Notes: a model not told the origin generated them from the sequence alone. A stretch of DNA of 64,000 nucleotides from Limisphaerales bacterium (GCA_965657355.1 CBFHOE010000005.1:102014-166013), one strand, 5' to 3'. Positions 10,901 to 20,132 are shown, counted from the first letter of the stretch. Translations and numbers: made by a program.

Positions 10901-13804
10901 AATTTGTATTAATTTTTGTGTCCATTCATTGCCGTTTTCAAATGCCAACCACACATAGGCATTCGGCTTGGAAGCACTTAATATGAAAAGACATTCCTCT
11001 CCTGATAATACTGATTTTTGATCGAGGATTATCTCTACCCCTCCTGAACGGTAGGAAACTGTAGACTGATTTTTTTTCAAAACCCAGGCAGTCACATTGA
11101 CTTTTTCGTCAAGATACATCGGAACCTGATCTCCAATCCATTGGAATTGGTATATACCAGGCTGCCTTGGCCGCCATTGAAATAAGTATTCCCCATTCTC
11201 CACTTGGGCTTTTACGAGCTCTACTTTTTCCATAATGAACTCGGGGGTTTGCGTAAAAGGGGGATAAATTTTTGCCCCTGCTTTATTCAGCTGTGGAATA
11301 GGTTTAGTAAAATCCGGATTTTTTAATTGTTTTGAGATGAGGATCTGACCTCGGGGAGAATAAGAATTTTCATTGGCATCTCGAAAATGCCATTCAACCT
11401 CAACCAGGTCCCCGGGCTTGTGTATTTTGTGTTTCAAATTAGCCCGAGTAAAATACTTCCTTTCAGTCACTTTAACTTCGCCTTCACCCCTCACCATAAT
11501 TCTTGAACTGTCAGTGACTCTCGCTTCAACACTGAATTTATAATCTGTTCCTGGCTCTAAATTCTGGGGGGCAAACCTCAATTGAGCTATGCCATCTGAG
11601 TCAGTTTTGAGAGTCTTTCTGAGAATTTCCTTTCCTCCACCTTGGAATGGAGGTGATAACTGGCCAGAATCCATGAACCAAGGCTCCGGCCTTGGTTGTA
11701 GCCAACCAGAATACCAACGATTCTGTAGGACAACTATTTCAACATCCGCATTTTTTACTGGGGCCCCAAAATAATACTGGGCACTGACATCCATTTCTAT
11801 TGGTTCACCGGGCTTAAATATTTTTCTTACTCCATCTGATTCTGGAACAACTACCTCAACTTTAAAGTCAGGCAACTTGTATTCTTCCAAACGAAACAAT
11901 GTATCATAGGAACGCCACGACTTTTCTCCGGATGGTTTTAAGCGCAGAGTATAATTGCCAAGCGTGGCATCAATCGGAATTATGAATTCCATGGAGACTG
12001 AGCCATAGTCATTGAGTTTTAGTTTTCCCTTTTCAATTTCCTGTCCCCGGGGATTGGTAATGACATAGTCAGTTTGAGCATTTTCTGGAATCGTGTAAAA
12101 ACCAGCTTCGGCCAAACGTGAAAGCGCCTTCCATTTGACGATTTCACCAGGCCTGTAAGCCGGACGATCGGAGAATACATAATATTTTTGATCTCTAGAG
12201 GAAGTCGCACCTCTAAAATTAGAGGAATAATTATAATGCACAACCGGCCCCATTTGAGTATCACCGAAAACCAACAACCGACTTCCTTTCAAGTCAGGGA
12301 CATTTTCTTGATTGAGGTCAATAAATCCAAACTCATCAGATTTAAATTCGAATCTTCTGTAACTCCATTCACTATTGCGGTTGTTAGAACGTATACCTCG
12401 AATTACAGAAATATCAGCGCCGAGTATCGGCTTTCCCGATTCTGCATGAACTGACATATAGCTGACCCCTTGCGGGTGAGTTTGAGTAACAAGCATAGCA
12501 TCAGTAACGAGCAATAATTGCTTTGCAATAATTCCATTCGATTCAGCCACAACCATATAGGAGCCTGTTGGCAGCCCCCCATCTATAGACACCGTATTAC
12601 GCTTTGATCTATGCTCCCTAAAATTGTCGTTGGTTATGTTTTTTTCAAAAACTTCCCGGGTATCAGGTGTAATAAAATATTTTGCTAAATCCCGAGTTGA
12701 AATCGCACCATTTTTTAGATTTATTCGAGAGCTGAGATCGAGGGGAAAAATCTTAACCCCATATTTCTCAATGTTTTTTGATGACAAATAAAACTGTATG
12801 TCGTTTTTTGACTTATAAAAACCAGTGATTAATACATTGATCTCCGGCTTTTGTATGTTGGTAATACGGCTTTGTATTTGATTTACCAAGCCTGTTTCAT
12901 TTTGTTTATCTGAATTAATTATTTTCTTATAAATTTCTAGGGCACCTACAAAATCTGGTTCATACCCCCATTGTCCTGTTTCCAGTCTGAAAGGCCTTCC
13001 TGTATTTTCTAAAACTTGTGCTTTTACATAAAGGACTCTCCATAACCAAATGCCTCCGTTTATTTTTTCTATGGATTTATCAATAAGTTTTAATGCTTTT
13101 TCGATATCTCCATTTCCAACTGATGACCTGTAAGAATTAGCCAAATAAATTGTGAATATGCCTATGTCCTCATCGGAGTCAGCCAGAGAAAGTGCATTTC
13201 TTAGTATCTGTATTTCGTCGTAAGAATAACGCTGGCGAGTGAAGTATCTTCCAAAGTTCCTTAAATTAGAGTCACTAGAAAATAGTCTCTTTGTAATGGA
13301 AAGGTATTTTGATGTGGCTTCGGAAGTAGGTTCGGAGCGGGCCCAAAAATCAAGGGCATTAACATAATACATGCTCCATTTATTTCGAGCATACCTCCCC
13401 GATGCTTTGCTGTTTAAGTCTCCAAGTGATTCATGAATCGAAGCTATGATAAAATCTTGGTCTTCAAAAACATTGATTTTTTCAATCAGTGATTTAAATC
13501 GAGAATTACTTTCTTCAATCCAAATATTATTCCTCTGACGCACACTTGCTTTTGCCCTCCAATCACAGTCAATAATTCTGAAGTCTCGCCAGCTTCTCTG
13601 AGCTTGGGAGAGATTTCCTTTTTTTAGGGATAAATATTTTTGATATGCCTTTTGAAAACTGCCCTCCGCATACAACTGCTCAGCTTCATTATCGGATACG
13701 TCGGCTAACAGTGACTCGCCCTGAGCCTCTTCGACAACGGCAGCCATGGCCAAAGCAAACACAAAAACAAAACCAAATAACCAATTCTTCATCTTTTTCA
13801 TCAT
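7979..13804 (-). CDS. Bacterial alpha-2-macroglobulin family protein (MG2, A2M, TED domains; N-terminal TPR-like region), thioester Cys absent
   Basis: SDRPAYRPGE, FRLEEYKLPDF, IRSNFDKTAFW, MPDSLTEW, PYGSTEQTMSRF, GGWGWW, WNNTKDTA, YVMVEDFKPAGLE. Confidence 0.93.
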   Translation of the reverse strand: MMKKMKNWLFGFVFVFALAMAAVVEEAQGESLLADVSDNEAEQLYAEGSFQKAYQKYLSLKKGNLSQAQRSWRDFRIIDCDWRAKASVRQRNNIWIEESNSRFKSLIEKINVFEDQDFIIASIHESLGDLNSKASGRYARNKWSMYYVNALDFWARSEPTSEATSKYLSITKRLFSSDSNLRNFGRYFTRQRYSYDEIQILRNALSLADSDEDIGIFTIYLANSYRSSVGNGDIEKALKLIDKSIEKINGGIWLWRVLYVKAQVLENTGRPFRLETGQWGYEPDFVGALEIYKKIINSDKQNETGLVNQIQSRITNIQKPEINVLITGFYKSKNDIQFYLSSKNIEKYGVKIFPLDLSSRINLKNGAISTRDLAKYFITPDTREVFEKNITNDNFREHRSKRNTVSIDGGLPTGSYMVVAESNGIIAKQLLLVTDAMLVTQTHPQGVSYMSVHAESGKPILGADISVIRGIRSNNRNSEWSYRRFEFKSDEFGFIDLNQENVPDLKGSRLLVFGDTQMGPVVHYNYSSNFRGATSSRDQKYYVFSDRPAYRPGEIVKWKALSRLAEAGFYTIPENAQTDYVITNPRGQEIEKGKLKLNDYGSVSMEFIIPIDATLGNYTLRLKPSGEKSWRSYDTLFRLEEYKLPDFKVEVVVPESDGVRKIFKPGEPIEMDVSAQYYFGAPVKNADVEIVVLQNRWYSGWLQPRPEPWFMDSGQLSPPFQGGGKEILRKTLKTDSDGIAQLRFAPQNLEPGTDYKFSVEARVTDSSRIMVRGEGEVKVTERKYFTRANLKHKIHKPGDLVEVEWHFRDANENSYSPRGQILISKQLKNPDFTKPIPQLNKAGAKIYPPFTQTPEFIMEKVELVKAQVENGEYLFQWRPRQPGIYQFQWIGDQVPMYLDEKVNVTAWVLKKNQSTVSYRSGGVEIILDQKSVLSGEECLFILSASKPNAYVWLAFENGNEWTQKLIQIKGNAAIQRYKVDPMTARNFFIHAVSVRDFSAFRDQEEVIVPPLQKIAKLEITPNENVVRPGSNSKWTVKVSDHEGQPLVGELALAIYDKSIDYIQKDTSKPIEKFFYGDRSYSTVRFQSMLNFGQFQNLHKPSPEGNEDPVANGLKKGVVRRKSKTTPRLDFANRSAAPASNAFFSAQPLAEESMMMGQAADSLQSVSETVSSPVGDNDEVFIRSNFDKTAFWSAHIITDKEGKAEIEFQMPDSLTEWVAVGRFIDSNSIVAQSTSSVKANNPLSVRVEMPRYLISADEAILAASVLNQSESPQKIKFTWNIDSSLLSYKQSQLSVSASIEKGEERIFQIKVKADAVGDASIKAVVRSNDFSDGIEKSISILPHGFDKLDFKSGKITQGNALAKIRLPDQRMEDSTSMVIRVTPSMAVTMLDALPYLVQFPYGSTEQTMSRFVPAVVVLKTLTDFGLEKKDILNHLRGGIEKSYLSSRHNKSVGKIQDLENVIKNSLDIIYDFQKPSGGWGWWKRNSEDIYMTSYVVWGLSLAMDAGIDIDRAHLERGRNYLLNIIGSIHAETDLLAWTLRAIGESRVALNPNEKPDPKEVSGFNAAWKTHKEVSAYTRSLLALVAHNHGDKVKAEILVRNLENGIIKIDTSSIINLGIGSHTPAMHHWGKDGLFYRWSDSAVEGTSTAIEALTKINPNSPLLEPAVNWLLAQRRAGSWNNTKDTAISILSLASYVKESGELEKDLDVDVVINGDIIKNLKMDKASILKGSSSVTVPVGLLGKDDFNVEIRNHTQKTPFYYNIETRYYSLEKPIQPSGNTIFAKRSVSKIKSVKTLLMGYRDSSNLLGDRPISTSGDRINVTVRLENKVDLEYVMVEDFKPAGLEFTKLKSGGGILLTPMHKDTNGRLVSTPGRKILAYNEWRDDRCVLFIDKLPAGVWSLDYEARAQVPGTFHGLPVKCEATYVPEIKGNSLEQVWSIGDKK

Positions 13805-14072
13805 ATCCGAATACCACTTCTTTTGGTTAGGGACTCATAAGCACCCACAATTAGTAAAACACACAAGATATTGTTTCATTAGAAATATCTTTAAATTTCT
13901 TGCATCAATCTTTCGTATGAAATAATGTTAAGTTGTTGTATGTGAGCAGGTTATAAAACCTGCGCTGTGAGAATGAGAGTGTGCTATTTTTAATTCTTCC
14001 CCAAAATTCGGGTCGTCGAATTGTCATCAATTAGAATCTCTTCCTTCTTTTAACTTAAGTATGTGAAAAATT

Positions 14073-14759
14073 GTGATGAAAAAACCTTACATAAAATTAA
14101 TTATCAATAAGTTTAAAATTGCCCTGCCTTTAGTGGCTGGTTGCGCAAATCTAAATGCCGCTGTTGTAACCTTTGACTTCGAGGGACAAACGGGCGGCGA
14201 TCTCGATGGACTGACTTCGGGATTATCTCTCGTCGATTCCTACCAAATGAATGCCGTTACCTCAGTTGGTAAATTTAATCGGACAAACTCCGGCTTTGGT
14301 ATCGATTCCCCGGGTTCCGATGACTCAGATGCATTTGATGGTATATTTTCTCCAGAGAGCATTTCTTTCTCTTTTGAGAGCTCGGGTAAATTAACTTCGA
14401 TTGAATTCGATCGATTCACAAATTCTGCCAACGATGCATTTTCTCTTTCATATGCAGGAAACCCTCCCGTGAGCTACAATAAATCTGATCTGGGCTCAGC
14501 CAACCTCCTATTGTTAGACTGGGATTTTTCCCCGGGTGAAAATTTTAATTTAAGCTTCGAATCAGGAAATGGGTTCGGTCTGGAAACCATGTCAGCAGAA
14601 ATGACACCAGTTCCAGAGCCAAGTGAATACGCACTCATCTCAGCTGGATGCTTGGTTGCCTTTGCGCTATCAAGGAAAAAAACAAAAAGGAAAAATTTTA
14701 AAAATCCTTGTAAGGGATTAAATCGGAGCCCCTGGTGGACCCCAAGATTTCTTCAATAA
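14073..14759 (+). CDS. PEP-CTERM sorting domain protein
   Basis: Signal peptide ending NLNA-AVVTFDF; C-terminal PVPEPSEYALISAGCLVAFALSRKK (PEP, TM helix, basic cluster). Confidence 0.88.
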   Translation: MMKKPYIKLIINKFKIALPLVAGCANLNAAVVTFDFEGQTGGDLDGLTSGLSLVDSYQMNAVTSVGKFNRTNSGFGIDSPGSDDSDAFDGIFSPESISFSFESSGKLTSIEFDRFTNSANDAFSLSYAGNPPVSYNKSDLGSANLLLLDWDFSPGENFNLSFESGNGFGLETMSAEMTPVPEPSEYALISAGCLVAFALSRKKTKRKNFKNPCKGLNRSPWWTPRFLQ

Positions 14760-14846
14760 CCTGACAAAATAAAGATCCTCGATGCCGCTGCAACGGCGGC
14801 CGCATGTTCTCCCGCTTGTTCATGCACTATTCAATCAGCCAGGGGT
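14728..14846 (+). ncRNA. Candidate structured ncRNA, possibly a short 6S-like RNA
   Basis: Ends pair (GCCCCTGG/CCAGGGGT), internal TGACAA/TTGTTCA pairing, apical GCCGCTG-CAA-CGGCGGC hairpin; GC-rich island in AT-rich surroundings. Identity and strand unverified. Confidence 0.4.
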
Positions 14847-14892
14847 TGCTTTCCTACAAAGGCAACCCCTGGCAACTTGATTTTCATTTTAT
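14838..14892 (+). terminator. Strong hairpin, probable intrinsic terminator
   Basis: GCCAGGGGTTGCTTT-CCTAC-AAAGGCAACCCCTGGC followed by T-rich sequence. Confidence 0.65.
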
Positions 14893-15003
14893 TTATAACC
14901 CCACTGGAAAGATTTAGAAGTTAGGACGAAAAGATTCGATTTTCCGAGTATGTTGCCTATCTTAATCCCAAGAAATGAGATATGAATCACTAGGGTTGGA
15001 AAT

Positions 15004-16485
15004 ATGCTTCCTGAGATAGCTCAAATAACACAATTTTCGCGATATCACCAATACCTGGCGAGCGGAGTGGCCTGGGTATTCGCTTTTGCAATTTTTAATT
15101 TGGATGCCATCGCTGAGAGCAACGAGTCCAAACAAGAAATAACCAAAGCCTTCTTATATGAATCCCGCAAAACAGAAGACATAAAAACGCGGGATATTTC
15201 CCCATTTTGGACCCAAACAATTGATCCTTCAACTGAAAGGGTTGAGCAGAATATTCTATATCCATTGTATACCAGAAACTCATTTGGAGATGAATCAAGG
15301 CATCAGATTCTTCAGCTATTGAGTTGGACCACAACAGCTCCAGAGAAAAAAATTTCAAAAAATCATGTTGCCAGAGGCTTTACTTTATTCCCTATATATT
15401 TTTACAGGCAAAAGACATCTACAACACCTGGTTATTGGGCTCTGGTCCCAATTTACGGAACCCTTAGAAATAGATTATTTAAAGATATCATTGAGTTCAG
15501 CTTGTTCCCTTTGTACGCCAGAACTGTAAAAACGGGACTCGTCACGAAAAATTTCTTGTATCCATTTTTTCACTTACGGACGGGTAAAGAAACAAAAGGA
15601 TGGGGATTTTGGCCGCTCGTGGGTCACGAAAAAAGGAACTCATACCAAAAACTCAATAGCTGGAATGAAATGGAGGATGTTCAGGGGTATTCTAAAGAAT
15701 TCTTCATATGGCCATTCGGATTTAGGAATATATTGGATAAATCTGATGGGACAAAGTCCAAGGAATACGCAATAATACCGCTCTTTAGGTCCTTAAGATC
15801 CAAAGATAGAGACTCGACGACACTGGGATGGCCATTTTTTACTTACACTCACGACAGAGAGCAGAAATACAAAGAATGGGCCTTTCCATGGCCCTTGGTG
15901 ATTTTCTCGCGGGGCGCAGGTAAGAAACTAAATCGGGTTTGGCCTTTTTACAGCTACGGGGAAAAGGGAGCAGCACGATCAGGCTTTCTCCTATGGCCAT
16001 TCTATCTTAAAAGAACAATCGACTCTCAACCGCTTTATAAGACGAGAGATAGAATTCTGTTCTTCTTATATTCAAAAACTAAGGTTAAGAATGTTGAAAC
16101 GGGCAATCAATCCAGAAGAGAATCACTCTGGCCTTTGTTTACATCATCCTCAGATCTCGAAGGTAATTCAGTCTTTTCAACCCTTTCTATTCTCGAACCA
16201 CTTTTACCTGCTGACGATGAACTTCATAGGTCATGGGGGCCGCTTTGGACGCTTTACAAAAAAAGAAAAAATCAAAAAGACAATTCCGTGGAATGGAATT
16301 CCTTTCTCAATATTTTTCAAGGATACAAAAACCAAGAAAAAAGAAGCTGGAAGTTTCTGTATGGATTGGTTTCTCGAGAAAAGACAAAATCGACCAAATG
16401 TTGGAAATTATTCGGGTTTCCGATAACAAAAAAGAGCACAACAATTGACTCTCAACCTCTGGAACCTCACAATTTGACCCAGTAG
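15004..16485 (+). CDS. Secreted/envelope protein made of aromatic (W/F/Y)P-phi-phi repeats; first gene of the mla operon
   Basis: Signal-peptide-like N-terminus; about 15-18 repeats such as LYPLY, LFPIY, FWPLV, IWPFG, GWPFF, VWPFY, LWPFY, LWPLF. Confidence 0.8.
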   Translation: MLPEIAQITQFSRYHQYLASGVAWVFAFAIFNLDAIAESNESKQEITKAFLYESRKTEDIKTRDISPFWTQTIDPSTERVEQNILYPLYTRNSFGDESRHQILQLLSWTTTAPEKKISKNHVARGFTLFPIYFYRQKTSTTPGYWALVPIYGTLRNRLFKDIIEFSLFPLYARTVKTGLVTKNFLYPFFHLRTGKETKGWGFWPLVGHEKRNSYQKLNSWNEMEDVQGYSKEFFIWPFGFRNILDKSDGTKSKEYAIIPLFRSLRSKDRDSTTLGWPFFTYTHDREQKYKEWAFPWPLVIFSRGAGKKLNRVWPFYSYGEKGAARSGFLLWPFYLKRTIDSQPLYKTRDRILFFLYSKTKVKNVETGNQSRRESLWPLFTSSSDLEGNSVFSTLSILEPLLPADDELHRSWGPLWTLYKKRKNQKDNSVEWNSFLNIFQGYKNQEKRSWKFLYGLVSREKTKSTKCWKLFGFPITKKSTTIDSQPLEPHNLTQ

Positions 16486-16505
16486 AATGGTCAAAAAATT
16501 AAGCG

Positions 16506-17249
16506 ATGATTCGGAAATTTGGACAAATGATGATGCTTGGAGTGGAGACACTCAGGCTACTACCACGCATCGTTAAGCAAAAAAGAAAAATTCTTGAGCA
16601 GCTTTATATAATGGGTAACGAAAGTTTACTCATGGCATGTATTCTTGCTGTTTTTATAGGCGGAGTCATAGCACTGCAGAGCGGACCTGTATTGGTCGAA
16701 AGAGGGATATCTTCTGCCGTTGGCGGCCTCGTCGGTTTAGCCCTCTGTAAAGAGTTAGCTCCAGTCATGATGTCTGTCCTAGCAGCTGGACGAGTTGGAT
16801 CATCTATTGCAGCAGAGCTTGGTTCGATGAAAGTCTATCAGGAAATTGATGCGCTGAGAACGCTCTCCATTAACCCCATAGAATATCTGGTCCTTCCAAG
16901 AGTGGTCGCCATGACCATAGCGGTCCCTTTGCTAGTCATTTTTGCAATTTTTTTTGGCTGGGTTGGAGGTGCTACCGTTTCAATAACAAACTCAGAAATC
17001 GGGCTGACCTGGCAAGCGTATTTTAATAGCCTTGATAGCCTTGTTTCATTTAGAGATTGCCTAAGTGGAGTCTTAAAAAGTGTCGTTTTCGCAAGTATAA
17101 TTAGTGTGGTCTGCTGCTACATGGGATTACAAACAACTGGAGGTCCAAGGGGCATTGGCCATTCAGTCACTCGTGCTGTCGTTTACTCGTTGGTTTTCAT
17201 TCTGGTATTTGACTATCTGCTAAGTAGAATTTTAATGGTTATTTTGTAA
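16506..17249 (+). CDS. mlaE: MlaE-family ABC permease
   Basis: KELAPV..AGRVGSSIAAELGSMKVYQEIDALRTL..YLVLPR; GGPRGIGHSVTRAVV. Confidence 0.95.
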   Translation: MIRKFGQMMMLGVETLRLLPRIVKQKRKILEQLYIMGNESLLMACILAVFIGGVIALQSGPVLVERGISSAVGGLVGLALCKELAPVMMSVLAAGRVGSSIAAELGSMKVYQEIDALRTLSINPIEYLVLPRVVAMTIAVPLLVIFAIFFGWVGGATVSITNSEIGLTWQAYFNSLDSLVSFRDCLSGVLKSVVFASIISVVCCYMGLQTTGGPRGIGHSVTRAVVYSLVFILVFDYLLSRILMVIL

Positions 17250-17257
17250 GGAAAAAC

Positions 17258-18037
17258 ATGCCAGATTTACAAAAGATTGGTCACAATAAAAAAGAAGAGG
17301 CAGCCAGTGTAAAGGTCCAGAATGTGCATAAATCCTACGGCAAGCTTCACGTCCTAAAAGGTGTATCACTGGAAATTACGCCTGGTGAAATCTTTGCTAT
17401 CATGGGGCCATCCGGAAGCGGTAAATCTGTACTTCTAAGACAAATTTCCGGATTAGAAACGCCTGATTCGGGCAAAGTGGAAGTTAACGGGCACATCCCT
17501 CACCTAAATTTTTCGCAAGATTCCAAGATTGGGATGGTCTTCCAATCAGGAGCCCTGCTCTCCTCCTTAACAGTGGAAGAAAACGTCGGATTATTCTTAT
17601 CAGAGCACCGAATTTACCCGAAAAACAAAATAAAATCCAAGGTTACCGAAAAGCTCAAAGCCGTCGGACTGGAAGGAATTGAGAGCAAATACCCAAATGA
17701 GCTCTCCGGGGGGATGAAAAAAAGAGTTGCCATTGCCAGAACCTTGGTTGTTGAGCCACAACTCATACTTTACGATGAACCAACGAGTGAACTAGATCCA
17801 ATTTCGGCAGTCACGGTTGCTAAAGAAATAAAAGGACTAAAAAATGAGGGAGGCATCACCTCGATCATGGTGACACATGACCGAGACCTCGTTCAAGGCA
17901 TAGCTGATAGGGTCGCCGTCATTAGGGATGGAACAATCATTGCAATTGGCACTCCGGATGAAATCTGGAATAGTAACAATAAGGAAGTGGGAGACTTCAT
18001 ACACATTGACTTCAACGTTCAATCATTGACCTCATGA
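17258..18037 (+). CDS. mlaF: MlaF-family ABC ATPase
   Basis: GPSGSGKS, FQSGAL, LSGGMKKRVAIAR, LYDEPTSELDP, VTHD. Confidence 0.95.
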   Translation: MPDLQKIGHNKKEEAASVKVQNVHKSYGKLHVLKGVSLEITPGEIFAIMGPSGSGKSVLLRQISGLETPDSGKVEVNGHIPHLNFSQDSKIGMVFQSGALLSSLTVEENVGLFLSEHRIYPKNKIKSKVTEKLKAVGLEGIESKYPNELSGGMKKRVAIARTLVVEPQLILYDEPTSELDPISAVTVAKEIKGLKNEGGITSIMVTHDRDLVQGIADRVAVIRDGTIIAIGTPDEIWNSNNKEVGDFIHIDFNVQSLTS

Positions 18038-19026
18038 AAGGATCACTAGAAACGAAAATAGGCATATTTGTTGTGCTGGCAATCATAGCTGGAGTTCTAT
18101 CGGTAGAATTAGCTGGCGAGCTCTCATTTCTCAAAAAAGGATATACCGTCCGAACTTACTTTGATGATGCGGGAGATTTAAGGCCTGGCGATCCTGTAAA
18201 ACTTGGAGGCATTCCGATAGGAAGCGTTAATTCCATAGGGTGGTCAGAACAGATTCCAGGAAAAGTAGAAATCGCTCTTTTTATTGAAAGCGGGACACCC
18301 ATCAAAACTGATAGTGTCGCTCAAATTCGATTTAAGGGATTATTGGGGAGTCAATTTGTGGCACTGAGTTTTGGATCTGCTCAAGCACCAATTATTGATG
18401 ACAATGCGATACTGGAATCTGAAGAACTTCCAGATCTCGGTGATCTCATGGAGCGCATGGAGTCGGTTGCGGGAGGAGTAGAAAATATGACTAAGACATT
18501 TTCCGGAGACAGTTTTGCTGACCTTCTGGCACCACTATCTGATTTTGTCAGGGTAAATACTCCCCGTCTCACAAAAGCAATTGAGAATTTAGAAAGTATT
18601 TCTGATACATTGGCCAAAGGAGAAGGCACTGTCGGAAAACTCATAAATGATGATGAGTTGTATGCAGAGACCATGGGGGTATTGACAAAACTTGAATCAA
18701 CATTCGAAAAAGCAAGTGGGAGTATTGAATCGACTCTCAATGATGCGCAAGAAATCCTTTCGAACGTGAAAAGTGGAGAAGGAACCATGGGCCAACTATT
18801 AACCCAAAAGAAACTGTATAATGAGATGGAATCATCCATGTCAGCATTAAAAGAAATCCTCTCAAAAATAAACCAAGGTAAGGGATCTGTAGGATTGTTG
18901 GTCAATGATGAAACCTTCTTTAACAACCTAAAGCTTACCTTACAAAAAATAGAAAAAGCTACCGAAACACTTGAGGATACGGGGCCGATAAGCGTTCTAA
19001 ACAATGCGGCCAATAGCTTGTTCTAG
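18034..19026 (+). CDS. mlaD: MlaD/MCE-domain protein with long helical C-terminal extension
   Basis: ETKIGIFV TM, LRPGDPVKLGGIPIGSV, GLLGSQFVAL; repeated GEGTxGxL helical units. Confidence 0.92.
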   Translation: MKGSLETKIGIFVVLAIIAGVLSVELAGELSFLKKGYTVRTYFDDAGDLRPGDPVKLGGIPIGSVNSIGWSEQIPGKVEIALFIESGTPIKTDSVAQIRFKGLLGSQFVALSFGSAQAPIIDDNAILESEELPDLGDLMERMESVAGGVENMTKTFSGDSFADLLAPLSDFVRVNTPRLTKAIENLESISDTLAKGEGTVGKLINDDELYAETMGVLTKLESTFEKASGSIESTLNDAQEILSNVKSGEGTMGQLLTQKKLYNEMESSMSALKEILSKINQGKGSVGLLVNDETFFNNLKLTLQKIEKATETLEDTGPISVLNNAANSLF

Positions 19027-19052
19027 GGAGTCATGCATTTTCAAGTTTTCTC

Positions 19053-19631
19053 ATGGATTTATTACAGATGGTGAAACAATCAACTCGGATAGTCTTATTA
19101 TGTTTGCTTGCAATCTTTATTATTACCCCGGCAAGCAAAACATTTGCAGAAGGAGAAATATACAAAGTGCTTCCACACTTATTGGATCAGAAGGGAAGAC
19201 ACACTGTATCGCCGAGCTTATTTGAACGCGACGCTTACCAAGAGTTTTTAAGAGAGAACCCAGCACTGGTTAGTGGTATTGGTTACGACATCCACTGGAA
19301 ATGCCCATCAGGCCATAAAAGGGATTTACAAATTATCCTTGAAATAAGGGGGTCTAATAACTACCAGGCCTCACCCACGAAAAAAATCATCAAAGCAAAA
19401 GCAAAAAAATATTTTAAAACCTGGTCGCGTATAAAACTGAGCAAAAAAGAAATGAAAACGATCGGAAAAATTGTCGCCTGGAAAGTCTCATTGGTTGAAG
19501 GGGATAAGACACTGACCGAACATTTTTCCTTTTTGTGGAAAAATCCCCCCAAAAAAACACCAGGCGGAACTTCTGAATCGAGACAACCTGAAATAGGCCC
19601 AAGGAATCGCCGAGGATTTCCAAGACAGTAA
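19053..19631 (+). CDS. Hypothetical exported protein downstream of mlaD
   Basis: Signal peptide; KVLPHLLDQKGRHTVSPSLFERDAYQ..GKIVAWKVSL..SFLW; basic. Confidence 0.75.
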   Translation: MDLLQMVKQSTRIVLLCLLAIFIITPASKTFAEGEIYKVLPHLLDQKGRHTVSPSLFERDAYQEFLRENPALVSGIGYDIHWKCPSGHKRDLQIILEIRGSNNYQASPTKKIIKAKAKKYFKTWSRIKLSKKEMKTIGKIVAWKVSLVEGDKTLTEHFSFLWKNPPKKTPGGTSESRQPEIGPRNRRGFPRQ

Positions 19632-19656
19632 AAGATTACCTGCTAAAATTTATTTT

Positions 19657-20091
19657 ATGAAATCAGAATCCTCAGGAGTCATTCATGTTCTCTATGACCA
19701 GGACTGCCCTCTTTGTATTTTCCAGATGAAAATGCTGACTTGGCTGGACTGGAATAAACAACTTACTTTACTCCCACTCAATCACCCCGAAGTAAAAAAC
19801 AAAGCACCCGAACTAACGAGGGAGGAATTACTGGAGGCAATCCATTGTATCACACAAGAAAAAAGGGTTTTCAAAGGCGCTAGGTGCTTGCGGCATATAG
19901 GCATGAAGTTACCACTAATGTTTCCAATGGGAATATTTTTATACACACCTGGGGTCATTTGGATAGCAGAAAGAATTTATATGCTTATAAGTAAAAATAG
20001 ACATTTGCTGAGTAAATTATTTGGATGTAAAGATGCGTGCTCTATTTTACCAAGCAATAAAAAAGGGCGATCAGATTCCGGTAATATTTAG
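19657..20091 (+). CDS. DCC1-like thiol-disulfide oxidoreductase (DUF393)
   Basis: VLYDQDCPLC (DxxCxxC) and YxxIxxNRH motifs. Confidence 0.88.
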   Translation: MKSESSGVIHVLYDQDCPLCIFQMKMLTWLDWNKQLTLLPLNHPEVKNKAPELTREELLEAIHCITQEKRVFKGARCLRHIGMKLPLMFPMGIFLYTPGVIWIAERIYMLISKNRHLLSKLFGCKDACSILPSNKKGRSDSGNI

Positions 20092-20132
20092 TCGACAAAA
20101 AAAGCGATCAGACTTTTTTATGCACCATCAAA

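Noticed and set aside
13946..13963. Small hairpin GCAGGTT-ATAA-AACCTGC in the A2M/PEP-CTERM divergent spacer
   Set aside because: Only 7 bp, single copy and no riboswitch consensus; not enough support.
14720..14750. Minus-strand TCCACCA followed by GGGGCT, resembling permuted tmRNA ends
   Set aside because: No T-arm (GTTCGA) precedes the CCA and no tag reading frame was found.
18381..19013. 210-aa ORF antisense to mlaD
   Set aside because: Ser/Phe-rich shadow of the repetitive helical coding strand; no motif.
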